Assembly (NCBI GenBank): GCA_029838215.1
Contig: JALGVI010000014.1
Location: 1-46,688, forward strand
Length of the DNA stretch: 46,688 nucleotides
Source of the DNA: Candidatus Helarchaeota archaeon
GTDB lineage: Archaea > Asgardarchaeota > Lokiarchaeia > Helarchaeales > RDOG01
Reading direction: 5' to 3'
Positions 1-8,916 of the stretch are shown here, piece by piece. A model generated the notes under the pieces. It saw only the letters and a list, made by a program, of their open reading frames with translations, was not told the origin of the DNA and did no database searches. The translations under genes were made by a program, and so were the position numbers. Every line of letters begins with the position of its first letter. The first letter of the stretch is position 1.

Positions 1-81
1 CTCCCACCTCCTGAGCGTCTTCGTGCAGACTCCCAAGAAACTTGCCGCCTCGCCGATCCTGAAATGCAGTCCCGATCTCAT
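1..81 (-). CDS. tnpA: IS607-family serine recombinase/transposase TnpA, N-terminal MerR-like HTH (partial, truncated by window)
   Basis: Manual translation from ATG at 81 gives MRSGLHFRIGEAASFLGVCTKTLRRWE. The IGEAA-LGV-TLRRWE pattern is typical of the IS607 TnpA HTH. A stand-alone MerR/excisionase HTH cannot be excluded from 27 aa. Confidence 0.75.
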   Translation of the reverse strand, partial: MRSGLHFRIGEAASFLGVCTKTLRRWE

Positions 82-175
82 GAGAAACGTGTTAGAACTC
101 GCCGTACTTGAACCGGCGTGTCATCTCGGTATTTCTCCCCTTTATCAATGTCCAACTTTTTATAGGGTTTCGCGC
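1..175 (-). mobile_element. IS607-family insertion sequence, left end plus start of tnpA (runs off window start; inner boundary uncertain, about 165-180)
   Basis: Contains the tnpA-like ORF start at 81. Sequence 1-120 is visibly more GC-rich than the flanks. Upstream are imperfect repeats at ~10-bp spacing (minus strand CTATAAA/TTGGACA/TGATAAA) and a GGG at 165-167. Confidence 0.7.
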
Positions 176-180
176 ACTAG

Positions 181-411
181 TTAATTACTGCGATTTCACC
201 TTTAACAATTAGGTGGAATCTTTGCCAAGGGACAACTAAGCTGATTGGTGGTGAATCTATTGATGTTATTTGGATAGCACTGAGTGATTTTAATCAAGAC
301 GTGTTTAGGTTTCTAAATACTCATTTAGAAGATGGAACGAAAAATTTTTATTTACAGGAATATCCAAGTTTCACCAAGCTGATGAGTAACCTTTTATTTT
401 ACTTTGTATGA
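181..411 (+). pseudogene. Start-less open frame (76 codons plus stop), possible 3' remnant of a gene next to the IS end
   Basis: Open frame LITAISPLTIRWNLCQG...SNLLFYFV*. It is preceded by an in-frame TAG (178-180) and lies directly upstream of the V4R genes. No recognisable domain. Confidence 0.2.
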
Positions 412-426
412 AAAATTTGATGGGAA

Positions 427-960
427 ATGATAATGGAAGTTTTTAAAGAAATACCATTTAAGATCATGACCAGCGACGAAATGCTTGAAAGTGAATTTAT
501 ATCCGAAATAATATCCATTTTTTATGGTCAATTAGTTCCCAAGCTATTAGCAAAGTTTGAAAATGACAATCAAAAGGTAACAGACGTTTTGATGGAGTTT
601 GGAAGACGTTCAAGAGCAAAATTTACTAATTATTGGCTTCCTAAAAGTAAATCTGTGATAAATATTGTCAAGGAAAGTTATCAAGCAATTATGAAAAGAA
701 AGTTAAAGAAGATCATTACTATAGAAAAAAATAAGAGATGGATAATGGTCGATGATAGTTGTGTCATGTGCTGGGAGGGAATCGAATTCGTTGGGAACGT
801 GCATTATTGTACTTTTATGGCTGGAGTTATCGAAGGGTGTTTTGATTCCTTAAGGGTGAAAGAAGGATTTGAGCATCTTCCTATCGTAAAAGCCAAAACA
901 ATTTCATCAAGGGCGTGTGGGGATAAAGATTGTAGGCACGAGTTCTGGGTAGTGGGATAA
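427..960 (+). CDS. V4R (4-vinyl reductase) domain protein
   Basis: CxxC (SCVMCW), CTFMAGVIEG and C-terminal SRACGDKDCRHEF match the V4R pattern. Confidence 0.75.
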   Translation: MIMEVFKEIPFKIMTSDEMLESEFISEIISIFYGQLVPKLLAKFENDNQKVTDVLMEFGRRSRAKFTNYWLPKSKSVINIVKESYQAIMKRKLKKIITIEKNKRWIMVDDSCVMCWEGIEFVGNVHYCTFMAGVIEGCFDSLRVKEGFEHLPIVKAKTISSRACGDKDCRHEFWVVG

Positions 961-1584
961 ATGGTCAGAAATCACAACACAAGATTTCAGAAATTCTTGG
1001 CAGGAATAGGAAAAAGAGTCCTTCGATTAAGAAAGAAAAAAATGAATACCTTATTTCTTAATATCGTAATCTTAGAATATGTTCGTATATTACAAGAGTA
1101 CTTATATGATGGAAATTTAGAGGACTCCTTAAAATCATTTTATGAAATCGGTAAAATTGCGGGGAATGACTTAATAATAGAAAATTTAAACACTTTAAAA
1201 TTGATACTCTCAAAAGATATTCAAGATTCACCATTAATGATAAGAGTTGCATCGTACTTAGCCTTTGGTGAAGATATTCCCAAGAGAAACATTCATTTCA
1301 TTCCAAAAGGCACAGATGATGATGAATATGATAGGCTTACTTGGTCATATGAACGATGTATATTCTGCTCTGGTTTGGAAGAAGAGAAGGAGTTAGTTAT
1401 AAACAAGGAAACCATGGGGAAACAAACATGGGGTTGTCAAGTTGCTGGCATTTTCGAATCCATAACACAAACCATACAAGAATATATTGGAAATAAATAT
1501 AAGATTAAATGTAAAGAGACAAAATGCTTGATGAAAGGGGATACCTATAATGAATATACCATGTGGTTCATTCCCCTTGAGTGA
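961..1584 (+). CDS. V4R domain protein
   Basis: RCIFCSG, GCQVAGIFES and CKETKCLMKGD match V4R motifs. Abuts the previous stop (TAA|ATG). Confidence 0.75.
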   Translation: MVRNHNTRFQKFLAGIGKRVLRLRKKKMNTLFLNIVILEYVRILQEYLYDGNLEDSLKSFYEIGKIAGNDLIIENLNTLKLILSKDIQDSPLMIRVASYLAFGEDIPKRNIHFIPKGTDDDEYDRLTWSYERCIFCSGLEEEKELVINKETMGKQTWGCQVAGIFESITQTIQEYIGNKYKIKCKETKCLMKGDTYNEYTMWFIPLE

Positions 1585-1775
1585 AATCATGAATTAATCG
1601 CCGATTTCTTCGTCAATCATTGAGATTGCACTTTCGGGAATCTTTTTCAAGTTGGAGGATTATTGTCGTCTTCTTCGATGCGTGCTCCAAGTGCGTCCAA
1701 GAGACAGATTAACTGCTTGCTGGTTGTAGGAGCGGTTATTTCTTGTAAACGAATGGTATCAAAATTTTGTATAAA

Positions 1776-2294
1776 TCATTTTTTCTTTTTTCTTTTGGAC
1801 TTCGCCTTTCTTTTCTTTTCTTTTGATTGCGTGATTGCTTTATCGACGATTCGTCTCGCACGTTCTCTGGCTTTTGTTTTTGCCAAGAGATTATTGATCC
1901 CCATCATTATGACATTATTGAAGTATAATTCGATTTCAGGGTCTTTAACGACTTCTATTCCTCTCTCTTTCATTGCTTTTTTTATGTTTTCGAGGTTTAG
2001 GAAGTTATATTCCTTTGTTTGCAGGCTTTCTTTGACTCGAGAGATTTTTACGGCTTGTTTTTGTTCAATTTCTTGAAGGTTTCGAATAATTGCGAAAGCC
2101 CATTCATCGAGTTCTTTTATTTCAATCAAATCTTTGAAGGCTTTATCTTCTTTTATTCGTTGAAAATGGGATGAAATTTCTTTCATTTCATTCATTATTT
2201 CCCCTAATCGTTTCAAATTGGTGAAGCGTTTCTCGAGAGTTTCTAGTAATTGCTCAAATTCTTCCAAATCTTTCACCTGTTCCCATCTATTCAT
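1776..2294 (-). CDS. Hypothetical coiled-coil protein with Lys/Arg-rich C-terminus
   Basis: 172-aa ORF, E/K-rich and helical, ending KEKKRKAKSKRKKKK. Confidence 0.75.
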   Translation of the reverse strand: MNRWEQVKDLEEFEQLLETLEKRFTNLKRLGEIMNEMKEISSHFQRIKEDKAFKDLIEIKELDEWAFAIIRNLQEIEQKQAVKISRVKESLQTKEYNFLNLENIKKAMKERGIEVVKDPEIELYFNNVIMMGINNLLAKTKARERARRIVDKAITQSKEKKRKAKSKRKKKK

Positions 2295-2459
2295 TATTTT
2301 GATGGTTAATTAGGTTTTTTTCAAATTTCATTCCTATGAATCTTTCTCTTTGATCGGAAATAAATCGTGCATTATTTTTATTCTTTTTCCTTCTTCCCCT
2401 GAGTTTATATTAGAGTTTTCGAATGAAATGTTTAAAAACGTGTTTTTTTAGCATGATGG

Positions 2460-3968
2460 ATGGTGTTAGTTCTGGGAACGCCCCAAAAGGATGCATTTTA
2501 TAAGAAGGCAAAGAAATTAGGACGTAAACTAAAGTCTTGGAACGTGAATGAAAAAGTCTTGGTCATTGGGCATCGTGATGGAGATGGCATGGCTGCGGCA
2601 TCCGTGTCATATCAGGGGTTGAGACATTTAGGGTTTCAAGATATTGAACCCGTGATTTTGTTATCTCCTGAAGAAGATGTAATTGATGAATATTTAAACG
2701 AGTTTCAACCCAAATACGTGCTCACTTGCGACATTTGTTCAAGTTTTGACGAATTTTTCGCCACTCGTGTTGAAGATTATATCATAACGGATCATCATCC
2801 GAATAAGAGTAATTTTTATGGTCCAAATAATCTCAATTGTATCGAGTTTGGATTTGAAGATGAAAAAGATGCTTCGGGCTCAACAACAGTATTTTGCCTT
2901 TTTTTTCCATTATTTCCCTTGAGTTTATGGGAAACGAAAGATGGGCAAGTAATGATAAGTCATGCAATTGCAGGAGCAATGAGCGATTTTCAGTTTACTA
3001 ATGACAATATAACCGGAATCAATGAAGATGTTGTTAAGTTGGGCGTGTCTAAAGGTGCGCTAATTGTGAGTCGAGGCATAAACTTGTTTGGCAGAAGCAT
3101 GTATCCTGTTCATGTTACTCTTTCGCGTGCTAATATTCCTCAGCTTACTTATGTTGAATGTTTAGAGTTCATGAGAGGACTGGGCATTCATTTAAAAAAT
3201 GGAGATGGACTTTGGCGCAGAATCGTTGATTTAACAAAAAGCGAGCAGCAACGCATTATAGAAGAATTGCTTCTTTATCTAAAGGCATTGCAATTTCCCG
3301 ATCCCATTCAAATCGTAAAGCGATTAATTCTTGGAAACACCTTTGATTTGCCGGGGTTAAAGCATCTACCCTGCACGGATTTAGAAGATGGGCGAAAAAC
3401 TTTGGATCCGAGAGAGATATATCACGTGATCAATTACTGTTGCCGCAGGGGAAAGGCACATCTTGCCTTTCAGTTGCTCAATTTTGAAGAAGTAGAGCCC
3501 GAAGTTATAAAGGAAGTCCGGCGGTTGCATTTGAAAGGAGATCAAGAGATCGTTCAAGCCATTCAAGCAGTTGAAGCGGGAAAAATTCAAATGGATTTTG
3601 ATTTTGATGGGCGATTCCTATTTGCAGATTTCACGGATGTAATATATTATGATCAGGTTGGCGTGGCTGCAGGAGTCATAATGAACATTCATCCACAATT
3701 AGAGCTAGTTGCTTCGGCTTGTCACCACGAATATGACATGTATAAGGTTAGCGTTCGTGCGTCAGAAAGAGTGTGGAATAGCACGGATAATAGCGGGTCA
3801 TTGGCTGATGCAAATAGGGTGTTTGAAAAAACGAAAGAGAAATTAGGTGTCGACTTCCAATCGGGAGGACACCGTTTCGCCTGTTCGGCATATATCCCAA
3901 AAACAGCAATACATGTTCTTGTAGAACTCCTCAAGGAATATTATTCAACGTTAAAATTCACAAGATGA
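2460..3968 (+). CDS. DHH-family phosphoesterase, archaeal RecJ-like exonuclease
   Basis: Motifs GHRDGDG, TCDI, TDHH, GAMSD and a DHHA1-type GGHRFA. Confidence 0.85.
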   Translation: MVLVLGTPQKDAFYKKAKKLGRKLKSWNVNEKVLVIGHRDGDGMAAASVSYQGLRHLGFQDIEPVILLSPEEDVIDEYLNEFQPKYVLTCDICSSFDEFFATRVEDYIITDHHPNKSNFYGPNNLNCIEFGFEDEKDASGSTTVFCLFFPLFPLSLWETKDGQVMISHAIAGAMSDFQFTNDNITGINEDVVKLGVSKGALIVSRGINLFGRSMYPVHVTLSRANIPQLTYVECLEFMRGLGIHLKNGDGLWRRIVDLTKSEQQRIIEELLLYLKALQFPDPIQIVKRLILGNTFDLPGLKHLPCTDLEDGRKTLDPREIYHVINYCCRRGKAHLAFQLLNFEEVEPEVIKEVRRLHLKGDQEIVQAIQAVEAGKIQMDFDFDGRFLFADFTDVIYYDQVGVAAGVIMNIHPQLELVASACHHEYDMYKVSVRASERVWNSTDNSGSLADANRVFEKTKEKLGVDFQSGGHRFACSAYIPKTAIHVLVELLKEYYSTLKFTR

Positions 3969-3985
3969 TTTAAAGAATGCATTTC

Positions 3986-4903
3986 TTAATGCATTTTGAG
4001 CCATTCCCGCATTTTTAGCCACCCGCCTTGCTCTACAATCGCAGGATCGGAGTAGGTACAATGAAATGCATCTTTCAACTCGATGAACTGTTTATCCGTT
4101 GTTTTTAACTTATCAAAAAAATCGCGAACTGCTTCAGGAGGAACTAAAAGATCTCCCGTTCCTTGAATGACAAGAACGGGACAAGTTAGATTAGGTGCAG
4201 ATCTAAATGCTTTTTTCACCCATTTATTTACTTGAAGAAGGTACCGAATTGAGATTTTCTTGAGACGATAGTCGTCCACTTGATCGTATTCTTGTCGGAG
4301 TGGATTTCTTGAGCTGACTTTTTGTCTCTTGGCGATATTGACCAAAGGTTTTTCTTTTTTAAATGGATAGATGAGTGCGAAACATGGTAATTGAAGAATA
4401 TCTGTAATGGAAAAATTTATGCTTGTTTTCACGGCGGGACCTGTAAGGATGAGACCTGAAGCCGCGTCTGGATATATAGCTGCGAGGTTGATTGAAAGAC
4501 ATCCTCCCATGCTTTGACCCATCAAAAAGATGGGTATGCCAGGGTGTTTTATTTTTAAATAGGAGATAAATTCATTAACTTGATCTATTAACTCACGGAA
4601 ATTAATTATATCGCCTTTTGGTCCTGACGACCGGCCATGTCCTTTAAGATCTAATGCATAAACGGCGATATCATTTTGAATTACTTGGTCGGCGACCAGC
4701 ACGAAGAATTCGCCATGAGCAGCAAGACCGTGTATGCCCAACACGATTTTTTCGGTATTTTTTGCAGGCCAAGCACGATAAAACAGGCGATCTCCAGAAG
4801 AAGACGTGAAATAATCCTCAAGTCCTTGATTTGCAATGGGATTCACGCGCATCTTCTGCATCAGGTCGTGGTATTGCATTTTTTTTAAGGGTTTAGAAGC
4901 CAT
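3986..4903 (-). CDS. Alpha/beta hydrolase, lysophospholipase/monoacylglycerol lipase family
   Basis: IHGLAAH, DLKGHGRS, nucleophile elbow GQSMGG, GTGDLLV and AFH. Confidence 0.9.
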   Translation of the reverse strand: MASKPLKKMQYHDLMQKMRVNPIANQGLEDYFTSSSGDRLFYRAWPAKNTEKIVLGIHGLAAHGEFFVLVADQVIQNDIAVYALDLKGHGRSSGPKGDIINFRELIDQVNEFISYLKIKHPGIPIFLMGQSMGGCLSINLAAIYPDAASGLILTGPAVKTSINFSITDILQLPCFALIYPFKKEKPLVNIAKRQKVSSRNPLRQEYDQVDDYRLKKISIRYLLQVNKWVKKAFRSAPNLTCPVLVIQGTGDLLVPPEAVRDFFDKLKTTDKQFIELKDAFHCTYSDPAIVEQGGWLKMREWLKMH

Positions 4904-4939
4904 TTTAATTCAACTTTTAGATTTCTAATAAGTATATTT

Positions 4940-5365
4940 TCATTCTTGCATTGTCGTTATTGTCAATATTTTTTTAGGTCCGTTTAAAATTAGAATGATA
5001 AATTCCAATAATTGCCTACCAATGAGAATTTCATAACAAGTAGGATACGTATCGATTTCAATGGTAAGGGATAGCGAGATTTCAGGGATTACTACTTGAC
5101 CCAAAGCCGTGCGGAGCTTGAATTTTTCACCAACAATGGTTTCAGCAAATGAAATTTGATCTGGGGGCAGTTCCGTGGTCATCAAGTTTAGTTTTTCAAA
5201 AATTTTTAATGGTACTAAAATAAATCCGTCATATCCGGTATCTATAAGACCGTTTACGATACCTTTTTTGGGGTGAAGGAAATTGCCTGTAAGGTCTTGG
5301 ATTTTTAGAGGGAGATAAGGGGCATGGATTTCTGAATTGAACGGTTTATCGTAAACAATTTTCAA
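4940..5365 (-). CDS. Clan AA (retropepsin-like) single-domain aspartic protease
   Basis: Catalytic LIDTGYDG and C-terminal ILIGRQLL. TTG start overlaps the upstream TGA (TTGA coupling). Confidence 0.8.
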   Translation of the reverse strand: MKIVYDKPFNSEIHAPYLPLKIQDLTGNFLHPKKGIVNGLIDTGYDGFILVPLKIFEKLNLMTTELPPDQISFAETIVGEKFKLRTALGQVVIPEISLSLTIEIDTYPTCYEILIGRQLLEFIILILNGPKKILTITTMQE

Positions 5366-5745
5366 GTAGTCCGACTCCCGAGACCAAATGTTCTTTTTCT
5401 CATTTTTTTACCTATTTGGAAAATGTAACACGGTTTACCAACAAGATTTCGGGATTTTATATCTTCAATGATTTCTTCGCGTGCATCTCTAATGGTTTGG
5501 AGGTCGCCATTACTAATCAAGCCCCACTTTTGAAAATGGCTTTTTTCTAAATCTCTGATAATGGAGCGGTATGTGGTCAAATTCTTCTTGCGTTCATTTT
5601 CTTCTGCTGTGGACTGGTTTTTTGCATCTATCCAATCTTTTATTGCGAGTGTCAATGCTTCTCCAACTTTAAGACCGTGTTCCATTGCTTTTGCTTTAAA
5701 TTTAGCATAAGTCTCTTTATCGATTCCCCGAATCAATATTGACAT
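5362..5745 (-). CDS. Ribbon-helix-helix DNA-binding protein with DUF5678-like C-terminal domain
   Basis: N-terminus MSILIRGIDKETYAKFKAKAMEHGLKVGEALTLAIKDWI is Arc/CopG-like. The C-terminus DLEKSHFQKWGLISNGD resembles DUF5678. The start was moved from GTG 5754 to ATG 5745 because of the AGGTGA RBS. Confidence 0.7.
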   Translation of the reverse strand: MSILIRGIDKETYAKFKAKAMEHGLKVGEALTLAIKDWIDAKNQSTAEENERKKNLTTYRSIIRDLEKSHFQKWGLISNGDLQTIRDAREEIIEDIKSRNLVGKPCYIFQIGKKMRKRTFGLGSRTT

Positions 5746-5765
5746 GTTTTTCACCTAGTATATTT

Positions 5766-5792
5766 TGATATCTTTGATATATAAAGATATCA
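5766..5792 (-). promoter_or_regulatory. Palindromic operator overlapping the TATA box of the RHH/protease operon
   Basis: Perfect 10-bp inverted repeat TGATATCTTT-N7-AAAGATATCA. The minus-strand TATA-like TTTATATA lies in the spacer and adjacent arm, ~30-40 nt upstream of ATG 5745. Confidence 0.7.
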
Positions 5793-5899
5793 TCAAGCTT
5801 TATATCGTAGAATATCTTTTTTATCCAAACGATTCAACTATTGTTGTATTTATGACAAATTCTTAATGCTACAGAGAAATTGCTTATTGAGGTGAAAGC

Positions 5900-6697
5900 G
5901 TGTCAGGAGAAAATAGCGACAAGGTTTTTGATCTAATGGATCAAACAAAGCGAGCTCATGCGGAACACGTTTGGAACATAATTAAAAATAGGCGAGCAAT
6001 GCGATGGATCTATTCACTGGAAGAAAAGCCCATTCCAAAAGAGTTCTTTGATAAGGTTATTGATGCGGGCTGTCAAGCACCGAGTCCTGAAAACTATCAA
6101 CCTTGGGAGTTTATCGTGGTTACCGACCATGAAACTCGAAAGGCAATTCGCCGGTTTGGAGAAATCTTTTGCAAGTACATGTTTGGAGGTGGGCAAATAA
6201 CGTGGAAAGAAGTGTCCACGTGGCGATTTGGTTACATGCAAAAGCCACATGCTATCGGATCATCTACTGCATTAATGGGTACTGGTTGGCTCATGGAGTA
6301 TATTGAAAAGGCAGCCGTTATCGCCATAGCTTGTCATCAAGGATTAGTGGGTGCAAAGCATTTCACTCATGTTGTTCCAATAACTGCGCAACAATTGGCT
6401 TCCCGAATGGCAATGGGTTGTTCATTCATGGCAGCACAAAACATGATGTTAATGGCTCACGCACTCGGATTAGGGTCTTGTTATTATAATTTTCCGATAT
6501 CAAGTCCTGCAGCCGAGGCAAAAATTGCAAATCTACTCAACGTGGATTATCCTGAATATGAAATAATTGGATTTGTTTCATTAGCTTGGCCCCTCTTTCC
6601 GAGATCTCGAGGACCAAATCGGTCGAATCCAGAAATGAAAGCGTGGCACAACAAATTAGGTAATCCTTGGAAAAATTTCGCGGAGGAATCAAAATGA
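5900..6697 (+). CDS. Nitroreductase family protein
   Basis: RRAMRWIY, APSPENYQPWEFIVV and QNMMLMAHALGLGSC. Confidence 0.9.
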   Translation: MSGENSDKVFDLMDQTKRAHAEHVWNIIKNRRAMRWIYSLEEKPIPKEFFDKVIDAGCQAPSPENYQPWEFIVVTDHETRKAIRRFGEIFCKYMFGGGQITWKEVSTWRFGYMQKPHAIGSSTALMGTGWLMEYIEKAAVIAIACHQGLVGAKHFTHVVPITAQQLASRMAMGCSFMAAQNMMLMAHALGLGSCYYNFPISSPAAEAKIANLLNVDYPEYEIIGFVSLAWPLFPRSRGPNRSNPEMKAWHNKLGNPWKNFAEESK

Positions 6698-7509
6698 GCA
6701 AGCCCTTTCATTTGCGAATTGTTAAACGGATCTTGAATTCTGCCGTTAAATGGGATATTTTAACGAAACGTTCTACAGTAGGGATGTGGCAGGCTCTAAC
6801 ATCAACCCGAGAACTCATGTACATGATTTTTCATGATGTTGGGGAAATTCTTGTTAATGAACTTAAACCACAAGGTGATTCTGTTGACGAAGGAATCAAC
6901 CTCCTTGAATGGACTATTAATAATACTTTAGATATTGAAGTTGAAGTTGAAGGTGATAAACTCATTCTAAAGCGTTGTCCTTTCGATAAAATGCGTTCGG
7001 ATTTCTTTACCCAAGAACCCTTCAAGGAAGTGCCGTATATTTGGAACTGTGCATATCTTTTCTGTCGTCCGGTAATGATCGCAGTTTTAAAAAATTATTC
7101 AAATAAACTCACTATTGAAGTAGGTCAGAATCGTCCGACAGAACACATGAAAAATAACTCTTGTGATTCTTGCACGTTTCGAGTCGTTCCTTGCGAAGAA
7201 GAAACGTTTTCTCAGGCAATTACTTGTGGAAATGAATTTCGAGTTTCTATTTGTAAAAAGGAAATTCAATGCAGTTATGGATTAGGTCTATTACGTAATT
7301 ACCGTGATCCTGAATGCAAGCCCGAATTAAAACAGGATTGTCCTTGTTTTGAAAAGATTTCTGCTGATGACCTTCCCATTATTTATAGAGAACGTGAGTT
7401 CTTCAAAGAACTTCCTGATGGACATAATCCGCATCATATCATTGAAGATCCGAGCCTTCGAGAAGATCCGAAGAAACCCTGCAGTGATGTCTCGAGTTTT
7501 GTAATGTAA
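6694..7509 (+). CDS. Cys-rich protein with V4R/metal-binding-like N-terminal domain
   Basis: LILKRCPF...CAYLFCRP...CDSCTFRV resembles V4R-like folds, followed by a Cys-rich tail. The start is set at ATG 6694 (GGAGG RBS, ATGA overlap with the nitroreductase stop). Confidence 0.6.
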   Translation: MSKPFHLRIVKRILNSAVKWDILTKRSTVGMWQALTSTRELMYMIFHDVGEILVNELKPQGDSVDEGINLLEWTINNTLDIEVEVEGDKLILKRCPFDKMRSDFFTQEPFKEVPYIWNCAYLFCRPVMIAVLKNYSNKLTIEVGQNRPTEHMKNNSCDSCTFRVVPCEEETFSQAITCGNEFRVSICKKEIQCSYGLGLLRNYRDPECKPELKQDCPCFEKISADDLPIIYREREFFKELPDGHNPHHIIEDPSLREDPKKPCSDVSSFVM

Positions 7510-7611
7510 TTTTTTCCTTTTTTTTATTTAATTCATTTCTCGAATATTTTTTATGACATTCTCACGATTTTTAATCTCTCAATTAAAAAAAATAGAAGAA
7601 TTTCTCGTTCG

Positions 7612-8766
7612 TTATTGTCCTGCGAAAGATTTTTTGATGAGAGTCAATATGTCTTCATTCGTGGGTTCTCGTGGATTTGTTCTTGTTGAAGGATCGTTGT
7701 AAGCGACATGAACAGCTCTATCAAGGAGTTCTTCGAATTTGTCTTGCGTGATATTGCATTCTTTTAAAGACATGGGAGCACCAATGATTTTCATAAAGTT
7801 ACGGACTTCTGTAGCAAGGATCTTAGCGGGTGTTCCTTCACCATTAAATTCACAAAATTTGTTTATTTCTTTGAAGAGATCATTTGATGTGGGTTCGTTG
7901 AATTCAATTATGAATGGAAGCATTAATCCCACTGCAGTTCCATGAGGAATGTGAAATAGTGCGCCAAGTGCGTGTCCGATTCCATGAGCAAGTCCTGCTT
8001 GAGAATTTCCGAATCCCAAACCTGCAATGCAGGCTGCATTATGCATTTTTTCTCGAGATATCTTATCTTCAAGATTCTCACAGACCTTTGGAAGCCATTC
8101 AAAGATCATTTTGGTGGCTTGCAAGCAAAGTCCGTGCGAAAAATCATTTCTGATTGTTGCTACGGTTCCTTCTATGGAATGTGTAAGTGCATCCATCCCC
8201 GTTGCAACAGTCAAAGAGTGCGGCATGGACAAAGCTAAACTTGAATCAACGATTGCAATATCGGGAACGATATCATTAGAACCGATGCTCAGCTTTATTC
8301 CTTTTTCAGCACTGGTTATAACCGCTCCCCAAGTGACTTCGGCTCCAGTTCCAGATGTTGTTGAGATAGTTAAAAGCTTTGATTTTTGACCAAGATGCAG
8401 TGCTTTTAGTGGTATTATGTCCGTCATCGATATATCGGGTCGCTCATATAAGGCGTAAATTACCTTTGCCGCATCCATTGCAGATCCTCCACCAAGCCCG
8501 ATGATCCAATCGGGTTCAAATTGTCGAGCTTTTTCAACGCCTTTCAATACCGTCGTGTCCATTGGATTTGGTTCAATTTCATCGAATACCTGCACGTCCA
8601 TTTGATGTTTTGATTTATTGAGTTGTTTAGTGACTTTGTCGAGAATGCCCAATTCTTTAATTACCTTGTCGGTAACTATGAGAGCCTTCTTTCCTCGAAT
8701 ATACCGGAGATTTTTCAACGATCCTCTTCCGAAATGTATTAAGGGTGATCTAAAAGGGACTGACAT
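7612..8766 (-). CDS. Iron-containing alcohol dehydrogenase
   Basis: GLGGGSAMDAAK, TTSGTGAEVT, DALTHSIE, GLAHGIGH and HGTAVG. Confidence 0.95.
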   Translation of the reverse strand: MSVPFRSPLIHFGRGSLKNLRYIRGKKALIVTDKVIKELGILDKVTKQLNKSKHQMDVQVFDEIEPNPMDTTVLKGVEKARQFEPDWIIGLGGGSAMDAAKVIYALYERPDISMTDIIPLKALHLGQKSKLLTISTTSGTGAEVTWGAVITSAEKGIKLSIGSNDIVPDIAIVDSSLALSMPHSLTVATGMDALTHSIEGTVATIRNDFSHGLCLQATKMIFEWLPKVCENLEDKISREKMHNAACIAGLGFGNSQAGLAHGIGHALGALFHIPHGTAVGLMLPFIIEFNEPTSNDLFKEINKFCEFNGEGTPAKILATEVRNFMKIIGAPMSLKECNITQDKFEELLDRAVHVAYNDPSTRTNPREPTNEDILTLIKKSFAGQ

Positions 8767-8916
8767 GTGCCTTCCTCTGAGATTATTTTATTAGGAGGAT
8801 CTCGTTTTTTTTAATATAAAAGATCCGATTTGAGCGATAAGAAAGCAATCGTGAATTATTGAAAAACTTATGTTAAGAGTGTTATTTCTAAAAATCGCAA
8901 ATTTCCATTATTTAAC

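Noticed and set aside
1650-1778. 42-codon open frame after the TGA of 1776-2294 (possible Sec readthrough)
   Set aside because: The TGA follows a poly-Lys tail rather than a redox motif, there is no SECIS-like structure, and no homology support is visible.
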